The notes: generated by a model not told the origin, from the letters alone. Positions 34,096-44,921 are shown, numbered from the stretch's first letter. The stretch: DNA of 64,000 nt from Candidatus Latescibacterota bacterium (GCA_965219385.1 CBDCNM010000002.1:778639-842638), one strand, 5' to 3'. A program made the numbers and translations.

Positions 34096-34155
34096 ACATG
34101 AGCAGCCCCGGATGCAACCCCATTCGGTAGAGGGCGCTCCCCCCGACTCGCTGCT

Positions 34156-34213
34156 GGTCCGGCTCGGCCATGCGGTCGTTGCGGAGCGACACCTGCGAAA
34201 AGTGCTGGACCAG
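34156..34213 (-). pseudogene. 58-bp hsdM fragment
   Basis: Encodes LVQHFSQVSLRNDRMAEPD, identical in protein to HsdM at ~27070-27128 with synonymous DNA changes. Confidence 0.8.
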
Positions 34214-34363
34214 ATCAGCGCATCTGTCCGTCGCGGGCCGAGGGAGGCGCGGCCCCTGAGTGCATTGACGCCGCCTTCGCGCGGCCGGCCGGCCGGACCC
34301 CGGACAGGGCCATCCTCGTGGACAACTCCGGGTCCTTGTCACGTATCCGATCCCCGTGTCGGC

Positions 34364-34640
34364 TCAGTCTTCCACCAGGCGCTTGCCCATGCTCACGACA
34401 TCATCCTCCGAGTATCCGATCGACCTGTAGAACTCGACGATATCGGCGTTCGAGCTTCTGACCTGCAGGTTGATCTTGGGCAACCCATCTCCCTCAAGCA
34501 TATCTCTGCCTCGTCCATCAGAAGGCACCCGAATCCCCTTTTTCGGCAGTCCGCGGCGACCGCCAACCAAGTAGTTGATCCAACCACGGTGTCCCTCATA
34601 TCCGGCCATCACGGTCGCTACCAGCCGGCCGTCCAGTGAT
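34364..34640 (-). pseudogene. GNAT acetyltransferase (YpeA-like), frameshifted
   Basis: VMAGYEGHRGWINYL, then AVAADCRKRGFG..LMDEAE, then PKINLQVR..N....FY..IGY, split across frames. Confidence 0.8.
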
Positions 34641-34697
34641 CCGACCAGGGACATGCCCAACGTATGGGTAAAATAAGGCACCTTTTTGGGCCCTCTG

Positions 34698-35180
34698 TCA
34701 AGGCGCTGAACACACGCAAGGGGCAGGGTAAGCTCCCTGGTGATCGTTTGCAGGTCCTTCGACAGGGCTCGCAGTACGGTTTTGTTTCGTCATGGCTCGT
34801 AGCGCGAGAGATTCTGGATCCGGAGTTGTGAATTTGGCAGACGGTGTCTGCCAAATCTCGGAGCCATCAGTCTGTGGTGTCGCAGGCTGTTGCAGTAGGC
34901 TGCTGTAGCGCAGATAGAATTGCCTTATCTGCCGCAAATTTCTCTCGCCGAAGCCTCGACCAATAGTTGCCGTCAAAGCAGCAGAGGGCTTTCGCAGGGT
35001 CTGACTGCCGTATTCCGCTCTATCCGCGCCATGCTGTTCATACTCGACGATATACCAACCGAATAGCCAGTTCCGCGCCACAAGCGAGTGATCAATAGCT
35101 CGTGCCGCCGAGTGTCGTGTTTCCTCGTGGGTTCGCCGACACAACTCGACGAGATTATCGAAATCGAATACTTGACTCAT
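34698..35180 (-). pseudogene. DUF1016/YhcG N-terminal domain, truncated
   Basis: RNWLFGWYIVEYEQ.G.DRAEYG...GRGF..RNL..IRQFY; the C-terminal PD-(D/E)XK part is absent. Confidence 0.75.
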
Positions 35181-35199
35181 AGCAAAATCCCTATCCGCT

Positions 35200-36453
35200 T
35201 CAGGTGTTCCTCGGCCTTGGTGCCGAGCCTCGGCGCAACGTCAACCGCAAGTAGTCCTCCGTCGCCTCAAACTCCGGGTCAACCCCGTTGTGCGCCCGCA
35301 TCAACGGAATGATCTTGTTCCGCACCCCCATGCCTCGTGCATCGGAATAGCTGTAGTCCCGCAACGTCTCAGAGATGAGCAGATTGCGGGGAACCCGTTG
35401 ACCAGCGATCATCTTTTCGACTGTCATGCCGTTTTGCAGCGCACCGGGGCTGAGTATCTCTATCCGGTCCGCATAACGGACCACCTCAATTTCCTCGTAC
35501 CGCGTCCAGTCCCGATGCGTCAGCGCATTGACAACGCCTTCGCGCAACGCTTCCAGCGGATAGTGCCAGCGTCGTTTCCGACGCATAGACTCTTCTACTT
35601 GGTCCGCCTCCCCGGATACAAACGGCCGCATCGCATCGGCAAGGCGTTCAATCAGCCCCTTTTCCACCAGTTCACGACCCCCCGACAGCACCTGCCAAAG
35701 ATCGACCAGCGGCCCTTCAATCACTTGATCGTCAATGGCATCGTAGGTTTTCTCCTCCCCCTCAAAACACATCCAGCGGATGCCAGCATGGCGCAACAGG
35801 CGGCGCGGCCGATAACCGAACAGGATCAATCCGGCGATCGTACAGGCAGGCGGGCCATCCTCCCGCTCGACCATGAATCCCAGCGCGCAAAGCCGCTCGT
35901 TCCACTCCTCATCGGTCTCCGGCACTTCCCGGTCGCCGACAATAGCGGTCAGGTAATCCGCCAGCCGTGCCCGGCTCAGATCGCACAGGCCGCTGCCGGA
36001 AACGGGCAATAGCTCCGTGTGAATCAGCCCACCGGCAGCGAAAAGCCGCGCCTGTTGCTCGCGCGAGGCCAGCCGAGAGGTACTGCCGATCCGTATGTAG
36101 ATGTCTTCCCTGCCGCGATGCCGGACGACATAAGGTTTGGTAGCACCTTGCGTAACCATGACAACTGCGACGCGGCGAACATCATCTATGGGAACTTCCT
36201 CGTAAAACGGTAGTATCATCGGATGCACCACGCGCCCAAACACGGAATCCATCACCCACTGTTCGAGATCGTCTCTCTGTATGCCGGTGATGGTGCCGTC
36301 GTCTTCCACTCCGAGAAGGACGCGCCCCCCCTGAAAGTTGGCGAGCGCCACCACTTCCCGCGCCAGTTGCTCCGGACGCAAATCATCCCGCTTGAACTCC
36401 ACTCCAGAGTTCTCGCCGCCAGCTATCAGTTCGAGAAGTTCCGCGCGTTTCAT
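35200..36453 (-). CDS. AlbA_2 (Schlafen-like) + HATPase_c_4 protein
   Basis: GENSGVEFK, VALANFQGG.VLLGV.DDG, YP.EALREGVVNALTHRD, SPG and PRN...G.GV motifs. Confidence 0.85.
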   Translation of the reverse strand: MKRAELLELIAGGENSGVEFKRDDLRPEQLAREVVALANFQGGRVLLGVEDDGTITGIQRDDLEQWVMDSVFGRVVHPMILPFYEEVPIDDVRRVAVVMVTQGATKPYVVRHRGREDIYIRIGSTSRLASREQQARLFAAGGLIHTELLPVSGSGLCDLSRARLADYLTAIVGDREVPETDEEWNERLCALGFMVEREDGPPACTIAGLILFGYRPRRLLRHAGIRWMCFEGEEKTYDAIDDQVIEGPLVDLWQVLSGGRELVEKGLIERLADAMRPFVSGEADQVEESMRRKRRWHYPLEALREGVVNALTHRDWTRYEEIEVVRYADRIEILSPGALQNGMTVEKMIAGQRVPRNLLISETLRDYSYSDARGMGVRNKIIPLMRAHNGVDPEFEATEDYLRLTLRRGSAPRPRNT

Positions 36454-36511
36454 CGCACCGCTCCGCAATCTACCGTCAGCCCCTTTCGCCTACTTCTGAA
36501 GACGAAGCGGG

Positions 36512-36736
36512 TCATTCGTCGGCCAGGATGGACTGCAAAATTTCCGGAGTCAGACCACGCCGTTGCGCGTTGCGACTGATTCCCAGCATCGTGTCCCGAA
36601 GTGATTTCCCGGCTTCTGTCGCATCACGCAAACACAAATTGACAAGCAAATCCAGTTTGCGACGCTCACTATCAGAAGCCGAACGGTAGAGTTTGGCTAC
36701 ATCGGAATCAACTGACACGGTTATTTGCTCTGCCAT
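36512..36736 (-). CDS. Small putative antitoxin of a PIN-type TA pair
   Basis: ITVSVD..VA..YRSAS..ERRKL...NAQRRGLTPEILQSIL; stop overlaps a 6-codon MTRFVF relic resembling a PIN start. Confidence 0.65.
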   Translation of the reverse strand: MAEQITVSVDSDVAKLYRSASDSERRKLDLLVNLCLRDATEAGKSLRDTMLGISRNAQRRGLTPEILQSILADE

Positions 36737-36821
36737 CACTGTTCCTCCAAAGTGAACGACTTCAGGTTGCCAGCCAACGACCTATCATACCACACTTCTT
36801 CTAAAGCTACGAATTCCTCCC

Positions 36822-37937
36822 TCATAATGAGATCCCCATCCGCTTCAAGTGCCCCTCAACCTTCGCGCCGAACACCTCCACCTCCCGCTCCAACTCCGGT
36901 AGCGGACGGACATAGCGCTCTTCCAGCTCCTTCACGCGCCCGGCGAGCTGCTGGGTCAGCCGCTGCACCTCGCCCTCAACGCCACCCGGATGCTGGCGCA
37001 CCACTTGTCCTCGACCGCCAGCGTTTTGATCTCGGCTTCGATGAGCGCACTGTAGCGGACCAGTACCTGCTCATCCAAAAGGTCTTGGGCTTCCTTGACG
37101 GCCTTGCCCGCCTCGGCCTCGGCCTCAATCAAGGTCCGGCAATGCTTGAGGGCATCGCGTTCCTCGTCGCTCTCCGGCTCGTCCCGGATGGCCTTGAGCC
37201 GCTCCGTCACGCCGCCCTTGGTGACCTTGCCCTTGTCGTTGGTCGCGTCCGCCAGCAAGCCCTCCTCGCCCCCTCCCGATGACAAGTGCTCTTCGACGAA
37301 CTCCTCCAGCTCGCGGGCGGCATTCTCCTGCTTGGCCTGTAGCGCCTCGATGGCGGCCTGCTCGGCGGCAAAGTAGCGCGCGACGATCAGCCCCGGGGGG
37401 ATCAGGTCCATCTTGTACTTTCTGCGCTTGATAGTGAGATCCGGCGTCTCCTTGATCTTCTTTTCCTTTGCTCTTGCCCGACTCGGTGGCAAAATGCCGC
37501 ATCAGGTACTCGTAGGCGTCGCCGAGCAGGTCATCGCCCTCGGTCCGGTTGGCGCGGAAGTCGAGACCGTCGAATATGGCAACCAGCTTGGAGAGGCGGT
37601 CCTGCATCTCCTTGCCGGCGCCGAGCTTGCTCTCGTCGTTGAAGTCGGCCTGGTCGATAACGCCCTTGAGTTCGTTGGCCTCGGCGAGCCGGCCGATGAT
37701 CTTGTTGATCTTGTCGCCGATCTCCTTGTCGCCTTTGAGATTTACCATGTCGGCGAAACTGCCACCGGGCGGCACTTCAATGAGCGCGTACGAATCGCCA
37801 GCGTACTTGTCGGAGACGTACTTCATAAACAGCAGCGTCAGGACGTAGTCCTTGTACTGCGAAGCATCCATGCCGCCGCGCAACTCGTCGCAGCTTTGCC
37901 AGATCGAGGAATAGAGTTGGGATTTCTTCAGGGCCAT
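36822..37937 (-). pseudogene. hsdM: Second type I HsdM with a large internal deletion and frameshifts
   Basis: MALKKSQLYSSIWQSCDELRGGMDASQYKDY...FATESGKSKG joined near 37465 to the C-terminal ...KYKMDLIP...EDKW...RVKELEERY..PLP; SAM-binding and NPPF core missing. Confidence 0.85.
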
Positions 37938-38040
37938 TCTTCAGTTTCCACTTCGCGGCGCCGGGAACCCGCCGGAGCTCAAAAGCCCGACACTTCCTTC
38001 CCGGATGGTGGTTTCAGTAGCCAACGGGTATTCCCTGTTC

Positions 38041-38289
38041 TCAGCCATTCTTACTCGGGCCTCTTTTCGGCCTCGCTTCCGTCGCCTTGCTCCTTGGGTG
38101 CGTCGCCGAACCACTCCCACCACTGGTCTTCACCCACTCGTCCACTTCCGAGAGCCTGAAGCGCAGCAACCGTCCCACCCGGTGGGCGGGAAAGCTCTTC
38201 GCGTCGACCCAACGGTAGATGGAATCCTTGGTTACCTGTAAGTGGGAAGCGACCTCCGCGATACCGACCCAGCCTTCTTCAGTAGCCAT
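38041..38289 (-). CDS. Excisionase-like HTH_17 DNA-binding protein heading the island
   Basis: WVGIAEVASHLQVTKDSIYRWV....PAHRVGRLLRFRLSEVDEWV. Confidence 0.85.
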   Translation of the reverse strand: MATEEGWVGIAEVASHLQVTKDSIYRWVDAKSFPAHRVGRLLRFRLSEVDEWVKTSGGSGSATHPRSKATEARPKRGPSKNG

Positions 38290-38611
38290 CTTCGACCGAC
38301 CTCTCTCTAAGGAAAACGAAGAAACACTACAAGAATATATGAAAATCGGAATCCGTCGTCAATTGAATCTCGGTTGTACACTCGACTTTGGCCATTTCCG
38401 GTAATAAATAGGCGGATACCGGATCCTTCCCTCTAAACACGGAGGTCTCCGCCCGTGGAATATAATACAGCTTATGAGAGGACCGGATATGGCGGCATGA
38501 TCCCTTGATCGCGTAAATTGCTGAAGAACCGGTAAAAAACCCTTGTTGCAAGATTTCAGTTATACAATATTTTCTTCTACCAATGAAGCGAACCGATCTC
38601 CGGCATAAACA

Positions 38612-41600
38612 ATGTCCACACTCCTCTCCAGCAGCGCCCTTCCCTGGTACCAGCAAATCCGCCCCTCGCGCAGCGCAGCCCTGGCATCCCTTCCCTGTAT
38701 TGATGTTGCCCTCGACCAGCAGGCTGCGCTTGCACCGAAAAAAGTGGCCCTGGTCGATGAATCCGGCTACCTGAGCTATGCGGATCTGCGCCGGGCCATC
38801 CACGCCCGTGCCGCTGTCCTCCTCCAGCGCGGCGCCGGAGAGCCACAGAGCGGGTGCGCCGGGGTCCTGCTCGAGAACGGCATCCACAAGGTCATCACCT
38901 ATTTCGCCTGCTTGAAGGCCGGGCTCGCCTACACCCCTCTGGACGGCCATCCCCCCGCGGTTGTGGAACGGATCCTCGAACGCGTCCCCCTCCGCGCCCT
39001 GATAACCAGCAAAGGCCGGGCCACGGCCCTGCCCTCTTCCTGGCAGGAGGGCGACGCAGTGTTCCGGGTCGAAGACGAGGTGTGCCGCAAAGCCATAAAG
39101 GGGCAATTTCCCGGACCCGATCCCCTGAAGACGGCGCATATCACCTTCACCAGCGGTACCCAGGCCGGCCTTCCCAAAGGGGTGGAGACGGACCACGCAG
39201 GATCCATGCTCTCGCACGCGTGGCGCAGCCGACTCTGGCCCTACGACAGGGCAGGGGACGTGGTGGGTTGCAATATTTTCGGCATCTGGGACGTGGTTCC
39301 GGCGCTGTGTCGCGGCGTCCCGGTGGTTTTGATTCCCGACCAGACCATGCGGGACCCCTTCGCCCTCGGCTCCTTCATCATCCGCTATGGAATCACCCGC
39401 CTGATGATGACCCCGACCCTGCTGGACGCCTGTCTGGCCAGCGCCGACGGGGTCGCCGGATTGCGGCGGCTGCGCCTGCTGGTCCTGTGCGGCGAGGTCG
39501 TGGCCCCGGCCGGGGCCCGGCGCGCCGGCCAGGCCTTGCCCGGGGTGCGCATCGGCAACCTCTACTCCCTGGCCGAATGCCACGATGTGGCCGCCGGCGA
39601 GTTGGAACCCGGCGAAACCGTCACCAGCGGCAGGGTGGCGGACTTCGCCGAAGTGCATCTATGCGACCCGGATGATCCAGATTGCCTGGTCCCGGTCGGC
39701 AGGGCGGGCAGGATCCTGGTCGGCGGCAAGGCCCTGGCGCACGGCTACTATCGCGACTCCGAGCGCACCACCCAACACTTTTTCGAGCTCGACCTGCCCT
39801 CGCCGGATGGGGCTTGCCGGCGCACCCGGGTGTACGACACCGGCGATCTGGGCAGGCTTCACCCCGGCGGCACCCTTGAGATTCTGGGACGCTGCGATGC
39901 CCGTATCAAGATCCGCGGATCCTGGGTGGACCCCTCCGAGGTCGAACAGGTCGTCGAGCAGCACCCGGTCGTCCGTCGGGCCTGCGTCACGGCCCGGCCC
40001 GATTCCCTCGAACACGCGGAGTTGTCGGCCTTCGTGGTAGCCCGGGAAGCGGATATCAGCGCGGCGAGCCTCACCCGGCAGCTGCGGCCCTACGTCGCTA
40101 CCCGGCTGCCGGAACACAGCCTCCCCGGCCGCTTCATTCCCGTGCGCCAACTCCCGCTTCTGCCTTCCGGAAAGGTGGATCGCCACCGGCTGCAGACCCT
40201 CGAACAGGCCGCGCCCTCCCAGCCGCCCCAGGACCTGACCGGCCTGGAGGAGCAGGTGGTCTCCGCTTTCAGAGAAACCCTGGGCGATCCGACCATCGGC
40301 CGGCACGACGACTTCCACGCCAGGGGCGGCCATTCGCTCAGGGCGATCCTGCTTTGCGGGGCCCTGCACCGCACCACGGGACGCAGGATAGGGGTGCGCG
40401 ATGTCTACCTCCACCCCACCCCATCCACCCTCGCTCGCCATCTGCGGGCCCAGCGAGAAATGCAGCCGCGCACCCCGTGGCACGGGCCCGAACTGGACCT
40501 GAATACAGCCCCTCCACCTCGTCCTCGCAGAGCCCGTCCCGACCGGCCTCGAACCGTCCTGTTGACCGGGGCAACGGGGTTCCTGGGGGCTTTCCTGGCG
40601 CACACCCTGCTCGAGGCGACCTCGATGCGCCTTGTGGCCCTGGTCCGGGCGGAAGATACCGGCCACGCCCACCAGCGCCTGCAAGAGGCGTTCGCCCGGT
40701 ACGCGCTGCCCGACGTGCGCGACCCTGGTCGAAGACAGGACCTGCAGGCGCTCCCGGGAGATCTGGCGAAACCCCTGATGGGCCTGGATCCCGAGACCTT
40801 CGAGGATCTGGCCGGAAAGGTCGATGTCATCCTCCATCTCGCCGCCGCGCTCGACCTCTTCGCCGCCTACGAGGATGTCGAGCCCGTCAATGTCGGTGGT
40901 ACCCGGGAGGTCGTGCGGCTCGCCGGCCGCGGTCATGCGTCCGTGCACTGCGTTTCTTCGAGCGCTGTCTTTCCCCTGGGCGGACACAGGTCATGGGCCG
41001 AGGACACCTTCGGCCTGGATGCCATGAGGCCCCTGGCAGCGGATCTGGAAGCCTCGGGGGCCGACGGGTACTCCCTCTCCAAGTTCGCCGCTGAGATGCT
41101 CATCTGGTCGGCATTCGACCAGGGGTTGCCGGTATCCGTGGTGCGGGTACCGCACCTCTTGGGCCACTCTGAAAAAGGGATCCGGAACGACCGGGACCGT
41201 TTGGTGATGACCCTGCGGGCCCTCGTGCGCGCCGGCGTATTCCCGGAGGGCGACTGGACCTGGCAATTTGCGCCCGTCGACGTTGTGTGCCGGGAACTGG
41301 TCTCCCGGCTGCACCCAGAACCGTCCGGACGCGAACCGGTCCGGCACGTCGCCCTGGAGCCCTTGCACGCCGCGCAGGTGCTGGAAGGGCTCCAGGGCCT
41401 CGGGATCGAACTGGATCTCCTTCCTGTACCGGCCCTGGCCAATGCAATCATTGCCGCCGCACAACCTGCTAACCAGACGGGAGAGAACGATCCGAAGTAC
41501 AGGGCCGTGGGCGCCGTGGCCCAGCTCATCCACCACTACGGTCCCCGCGCCGCTCTCAATCTCTCCGATGCCCAGCTCGGCACCCGCCATCCATGCCCCG

Positions 41601-41653
41601 GCGACCCCGCAACCCTGTTCCGCGCCACGCTCGGCAGCAACCTTGTCACCTAG
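38612..41653 (+). CDS. Stand-alone NRPS-like reductase (A-T-R)
   Basis: FTSGT..G.PKGV, YDTGDLG, KIRG and LLPSGKVDR (A); GGHSL (PCP); LTGATGFLG and GYSLSK (thioester reductase). Confidence 0.92.
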   Translation: MSTLLSSSALPWYQQIRPSRSAALASLPCIDVALDQQAALAPKKVALVDESGYLSYADLRRAIHARAAVLLQRGAGEPQSGCAGVLLENGIHKVITYFACLKAGLAYTPLDGHPPAVVERILERVPLRALITSKGRATALPSSWQEGDAVFRVEDEVCRKAIKGQFPGPDPLKTAHITFTSGTQAGLPKGVETDHAGSMLSHAWRSRLWPYDRAGDVVGCNIFGIWDVVPALCRGVPVVLIPDQTMRDPFALGSFIIRYGITRLMMTPTLLDACLASADGVAGLRRLRLLVLCGEVVAPAGARRAGQALPGVRIGNLYSLAECHDVAAGELEPGETVTSGRVADFAEVHLCDPDDPDCLVPVGRAGRILVGGKALAHGYYRDSERTTQHFFELDLPSPDGACRRTRVYDTGDLGRLHPGGTLEILGRCDARIKIRGSWVDPSEVEQVVEQHPVVRRACVTARPDSLEHAELSAFVVAREADISAASLTRQLRPYVATRLPEHSLPGRFIPVRQLPLLPSGKVDRHRLQTLEQAAPSQPPQDLTGLEEQVVSAFRETLGDPTIGRHDDFHARGGHSLRAILLCGALHRTTGRRIGVRDVYLHPTPSTLARHLRAQREMQPRTPWHGPELDLNTAPPPRPRRARPDRPRTVLLTGATGFLGAFLAHTLLEATSMRLVALVRAEDTGHAHQRLQEAFARYALPDVRDPGRRQDLQALPGDLAKPLMGLDPETFEDLAGKVDVILHLAAALDLFAAYEDVEPVNVGGTREVVRLAGRGHASVHCVSSSAVFPLGGHRSWAEDTFGLDAMRPLAADLEASGADGYSLSKFAAEMLIWSAFDQGLPVSVVRVPHLLGHSEKGIRNDRDRLVMTLRALVRAGVFPEGDWTWQFAPVDVVCRELVSRLHPEPSGREPVRHVALEPLHAAQVLEGLQGLGIELDLLPVPALANAIIAAAQPANQTGENDPKYRAVGAVAQLIHHYGPRAALNLSDAQLGTRHPCPGDPATLFRATLGSNLVT

Positions 41654-41904
41654 GCAGACCAACATGGAATCCATTTACGACCCTACAATGCCGAGTGGCG
41701 CCAGGTCTACAGCGGCGCAATCACCGCGGCGGGCCTGGACAGGATTCGCTGCGACGACCGGGAAGTGGTCGGACTCTACCTGTGCCCCGAGGCCGAAGCC
41801 GGAAATCTGCTCGAACAGAAACAACTACCTATTGCCAGCGGCCTCGATTTTTCACTTTCTTAATTGTCTTTGAAGCCCAATCAACCATCCCAGAGGAGAC
41901 TGCC

Positions 41905-42705
41905 ATGCGTTTGCAGGACAAAGTAGCCATCGTCACCGGCGGCGGTGGCGGAATGGGAGGCGGCATCTGCGCCTGCCTCGCCAGAGAGGGCGCCCACCTG
42001 ATCATCTCGGACCTGAACCTGGAGGCGGCGCAAAAACGCGTAGAAGAGATCCAGCCAAGCGGCCGGCGCGGCCTGGCCCTTCAATCCGACGCCGCCCGGG
42101 AAGCGGACTGCCAGGCCCTGGTAGAGGAGTCCTTGAAGGAATTCGGCCAGGTGGATATCCTGGTCAACAACGCCGGTCACTTCGGCGAACGCCTCGGGCT
42201 TCCATTCACCAACCAGACCGAGGCGGAGTGGGACGACAACTACACCGTCAACGTCAAGGCCCCCTTCTTCCTCTCCAAGGCCATCGCCCCCCACATGATG
42301 GAACGCAAGTACGGCAAAATCATCAACATCTCCTCCGTTGCGGCCAAGCGCGACCCGCAGATCGTGCCGGCCTACGCCGCGGCCAAGAACGCGGTCCTGA
42401 CCCTGACGCGGATCTCGGCCAAGGACCTGGGTCCCTACAACATCAATGTCAACGCGATCTGTCCGGGCTTGGTCTGGACCGCGTTCTGGCACAAGCTGGC
42501 GCCTTTGATCGCCCAGGGCGATCCCTCCTACGCCGATCTGGAACCCCGCGCCCTGTTCGAGCAGTGGGTGCAAAACAACACCCCGCTGCAGCGGGAGCAG
42601 ACCCCGGAGGACGTCGGCAACCTGGTCGCCTTCCTGGCCTCGGAAGAGGCCCGCAACATCACCGGCCAGGCCATCCACGTGGACGGCGGGTTGGCGATGG
42701 GATGA
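41905..42705 (+). CDS. SDR family oxidoreductase
   Basis: TGGGGGMG, NNAG and YAAAK motifs. Confidence 0.92.
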   Translation: MRLQDKVAIVTGGGGGMGGGICACLAREGAHLIISDLNLEAAQKRVEEIQPSGRRGLALQSDAAREADCQALVEESLKEFGQVDILVNNAGHFGERLGLPFTNQTEAEWDDNYTVNVKAPFFLSKAIAPHMMERKYGKIINISSVAAKRDPQIVPAYAAAKNAVLTLTRISAKDLGPYNINVNAICPGLVWTAFWHKLAPLIAQGDPSYADLEPRALFEQWVQNNTPLQREQTPEDVGNLVAFLASEEARNITGQAIHVDGGLAMG

Positions 42706-43529
42706 AGGGTACTTTCCTCATTTCCATCTGCGCTGCTTGCCTGGGGCTGGTCTCCACTGCCTTTGCCGGTGCCTGGACTCAGGAGGAAAAGGGCTACTAC
42801 CTCAAAGTGGCCGCCCTGCAGCTGAAATCGAGAAGCGATCTCGACTCCCTGGGGGTAGAGGTGGACAAACCGGGGATGGGCGAGTTGCGGGATTTCAACC
42901 TGGCGGTCTACCTGGAATACGGGCTTTCAGAACGCCTGACGCTGGTGGCGGCAGTGCCCTACAAACGGCTCCAGGACCAGCGCATCATCGCCAACCGCAT
43001 CGCCACGGAGAGGACCTGGGGGACGGGCGATCTAGAGGCCCGTCTGCGCTGGAAGTTGCGGGATACCCCCCTGGTCGCCTCCGTGGCCGTGGGCGGCAAG
43101 ATCCCCCTTGGCTACGAAGTGGACGAAAAGATCCGCGTGCCCCTGGGAACCGGCGAAATGGACGGGGATATCCGCCTTCTGCTGGGCCGTTCGTTCTACC
43201 CCTTTCCAGGGTATATCACCGGGGAACTCGGCTACCGGGCCCGGGGCGGTCCCTACAGCGGGGAGATGTTCTACCTCCTGGAGGCCGGCGGCTCCCGCGG
43301 GGGATTTCTCTTTAAAGGCTATGTTTCCGTCTTGCGCACCCTCGCCACCTGCGGGGCCACCGGCCAGGCCGGTCTGATCGGCGATCAGGACATATTGAAG
43401 CTGTCTCCGGGCCTCATCTATCGTCTGAATCCGCGTGCTGAATTGAGCCTGGACCTGATCCACATTGCCTCCGGCTGCAACACCATCACAGGCAATACCC
43501 TGTCCCTGGGCGTGGCGCTCAAACGCTAG
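42702..43529 (+). CDS. Secreted, probable outer-membrane beta-barrel protein
   Basis: Signal peptide ending AFA-GAWTQ; YLEYGLSERLT, GDLE..LR and LGTGEMD amphipathic strands. Confidence 0.65.
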   Translation: MKGTFLISICAACLGLVSTAFAGAWTQEEKGYYLKVAALQLKSRSDLDSLGVEVDKPGMGELRDFNLAVYLEYGLSERLTLVAAVPYKRLQDQRIIANRIATERTWGTGDLEARLRWKLRDTPLVASVAVGGKIPLGYEVDEKIRVPLGTGEMDGDIRLLLGRSFYPFPGYITGELGYRARGGPYSGEMFYLLEAGGSRGGFLFKGYVSVLRTLATCGATGQAGLIGDQDILKLSPGLIYRLNPRAELSLDLIHIASGCNTITGNTLSLGVALKR

Positions 43530-43777
43530 CGGGCACAGACTCGACCTGGCCATTTGAAACCCCTTGCCGATTCGAACCGTCTAACTTAGTATATATCAGT
43601 ACTCATATATTAGTACTTCGCGAAATGCCGTAACTATTTGGATCTCAAGCCCCGCACGGCCGCCCGCCGATTCCATGAAGTACTGAAATATTGTCAGTAC
43701 ATGTGGCAGGGCAGGATTTTGCGGTGGTATCCAAACGGCTTCTGAGAAGGCTGCTGAAATCACCCAAGGAGGACACA

Positions 43778-44773
43778 ATGCCAAAACGAGGCTGGGAAAT
43801 CCCCGAGCGCGAGGCCACCCCCGAAGACGCCTACCTGAACCGGCGGAAATTCATGCGGACCATGGGGGTCGTGAGTGCGGCCGGACTGATGCTGGGCTGC
43901 GGCAGCGAAAGCGTCTTCGAACCGCGCGAAGAAGAAGGACCACAGCCGCCGAGCGGTCCGCCGGACACCGACCCCCTGCCTGCTCCCGACCTTTCCGGGC
44001 CGCTCTATCCGGCCCTCCTGAACTCCGACTTTTCCACTCTGGACCGCCCCCTGACCTCGGAAGCCGTGGCCGAAAAATACAACAACTTCTACGAGTTCAC
44101 CCGGAACAAGGATGTGTATAACTTCATCGATAAATTCACCATCCATCCCTGGACGGTAAGGGTCGACGGTCTGGTCGACAAGCCAAAGACCTACGACTTT
44201 GAGGATCTGGTGCGTCTGATACCGCTGGAGGAACGGCTCTATCGCCTCCGCTGCGTCGAGCGCTGGGCCATGGCCGTGCCGTGGACCGGTTTTTCGATGA
44301 AGTCCTTCATCGACATGGTGGAACCCCTCTCCTCGGCCCAGTACGTGAAGATGACCACCTTCCTCAACCCCCAGGAAGCGCCAGGGCAGTGGAAAGAGCC
44401 CCAATGGCCGTGGGCCTACACCGAAGGTCTGACCATGGCCGAGGCGGCCAATGAGCTCACCCTGCTGGCCACCGGCATCTACGGCCATCCACTGCCCGAG
44501 CAGCACGGCGCTCCAATCCGCCTGGTGGTCCCCTGGAAGTACGGCTACAAGAGCATCAAGTCGATCGTGCGTATTGAGTTTACCCGCACGCAACCCAGAA
44601 CCTTCTGGAATACCCTGTCGCCTGGCGAGTACGGTTTTGAGTCCAACGTCAATCCCGAGGTGCCCCATCCCCGCTGGTCACAGGCCAAAGAAACGATGAT
44701 CGGGACCCAAGAAGTTCGGGATACCCTGCTCTACAATGGCTACCAGGACTACGTAGCGCACCTGTATGCCTGA
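43778..44773 (+). CDS. msrP: Protein-methionine-sulfoxide reductase catalytic subunit
   Basis: Tat motif NRRKF; YNNFYEF, EERLYRLRCVE.W, GAPIRLVVPWKYG.KSIK and HPRWSQ motifs. Confidence 0.95.
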   Translation: MPKRGWEIPEREATPEDAYLNRRKFMRTMGVVSAAGLMLGCGSESVFEPREEEGPQPPSGPPDTDPLPAPDLSGPLYPALLNSDFSTLDRPLTSEAVAEKYNNFYEFTRNKDVYNFIDKFTIHPWTVRVDGLVDKPKTYDFEDLVRLIPLEERLYRLRCVERWAMAVPWTGFSMKSFIDMVEPLSSAQYVKMTTFLNPQEAPGQWKEPQWPWAYTEGLTMAEAANELTLLATGIYGHPLPEQHGAPIRLVVPWKYGYKSIKSIVRIEFTRTQPRTFWNTLSPGEYGFESNVNPEVPHPRWSQAKETMIGTQEVRDTLLYNGYQDYVAHLYA

Positions 44774-44921
44774 GAGAGAAGTCGTCCGCGCGGCTGCAAC
44801 GGGCGAGGGTGGGCCACAGTTCAAATCCGGCGCTGCTCGCCATTGCCCTGAACGGTCGGGTTGGGTATTTTGAATACCTTGAGAAGCTGTTGCAAAACAC
44901 CCGGCACAGGACCACACCCCA

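Noticed and set aside
38041..38289. Prophage/ICE excisionase or a complete MADS system
   Set aside because: No integrase, att site, phage genes or other MADS components were recognised; similar HTH genes commonly precede hsdM.
41664..41873. MbtH-like or PPTase partner after the NRPS-like gene
   Set aside because: No such motifs; the sequence looks like an unassigned fragment.
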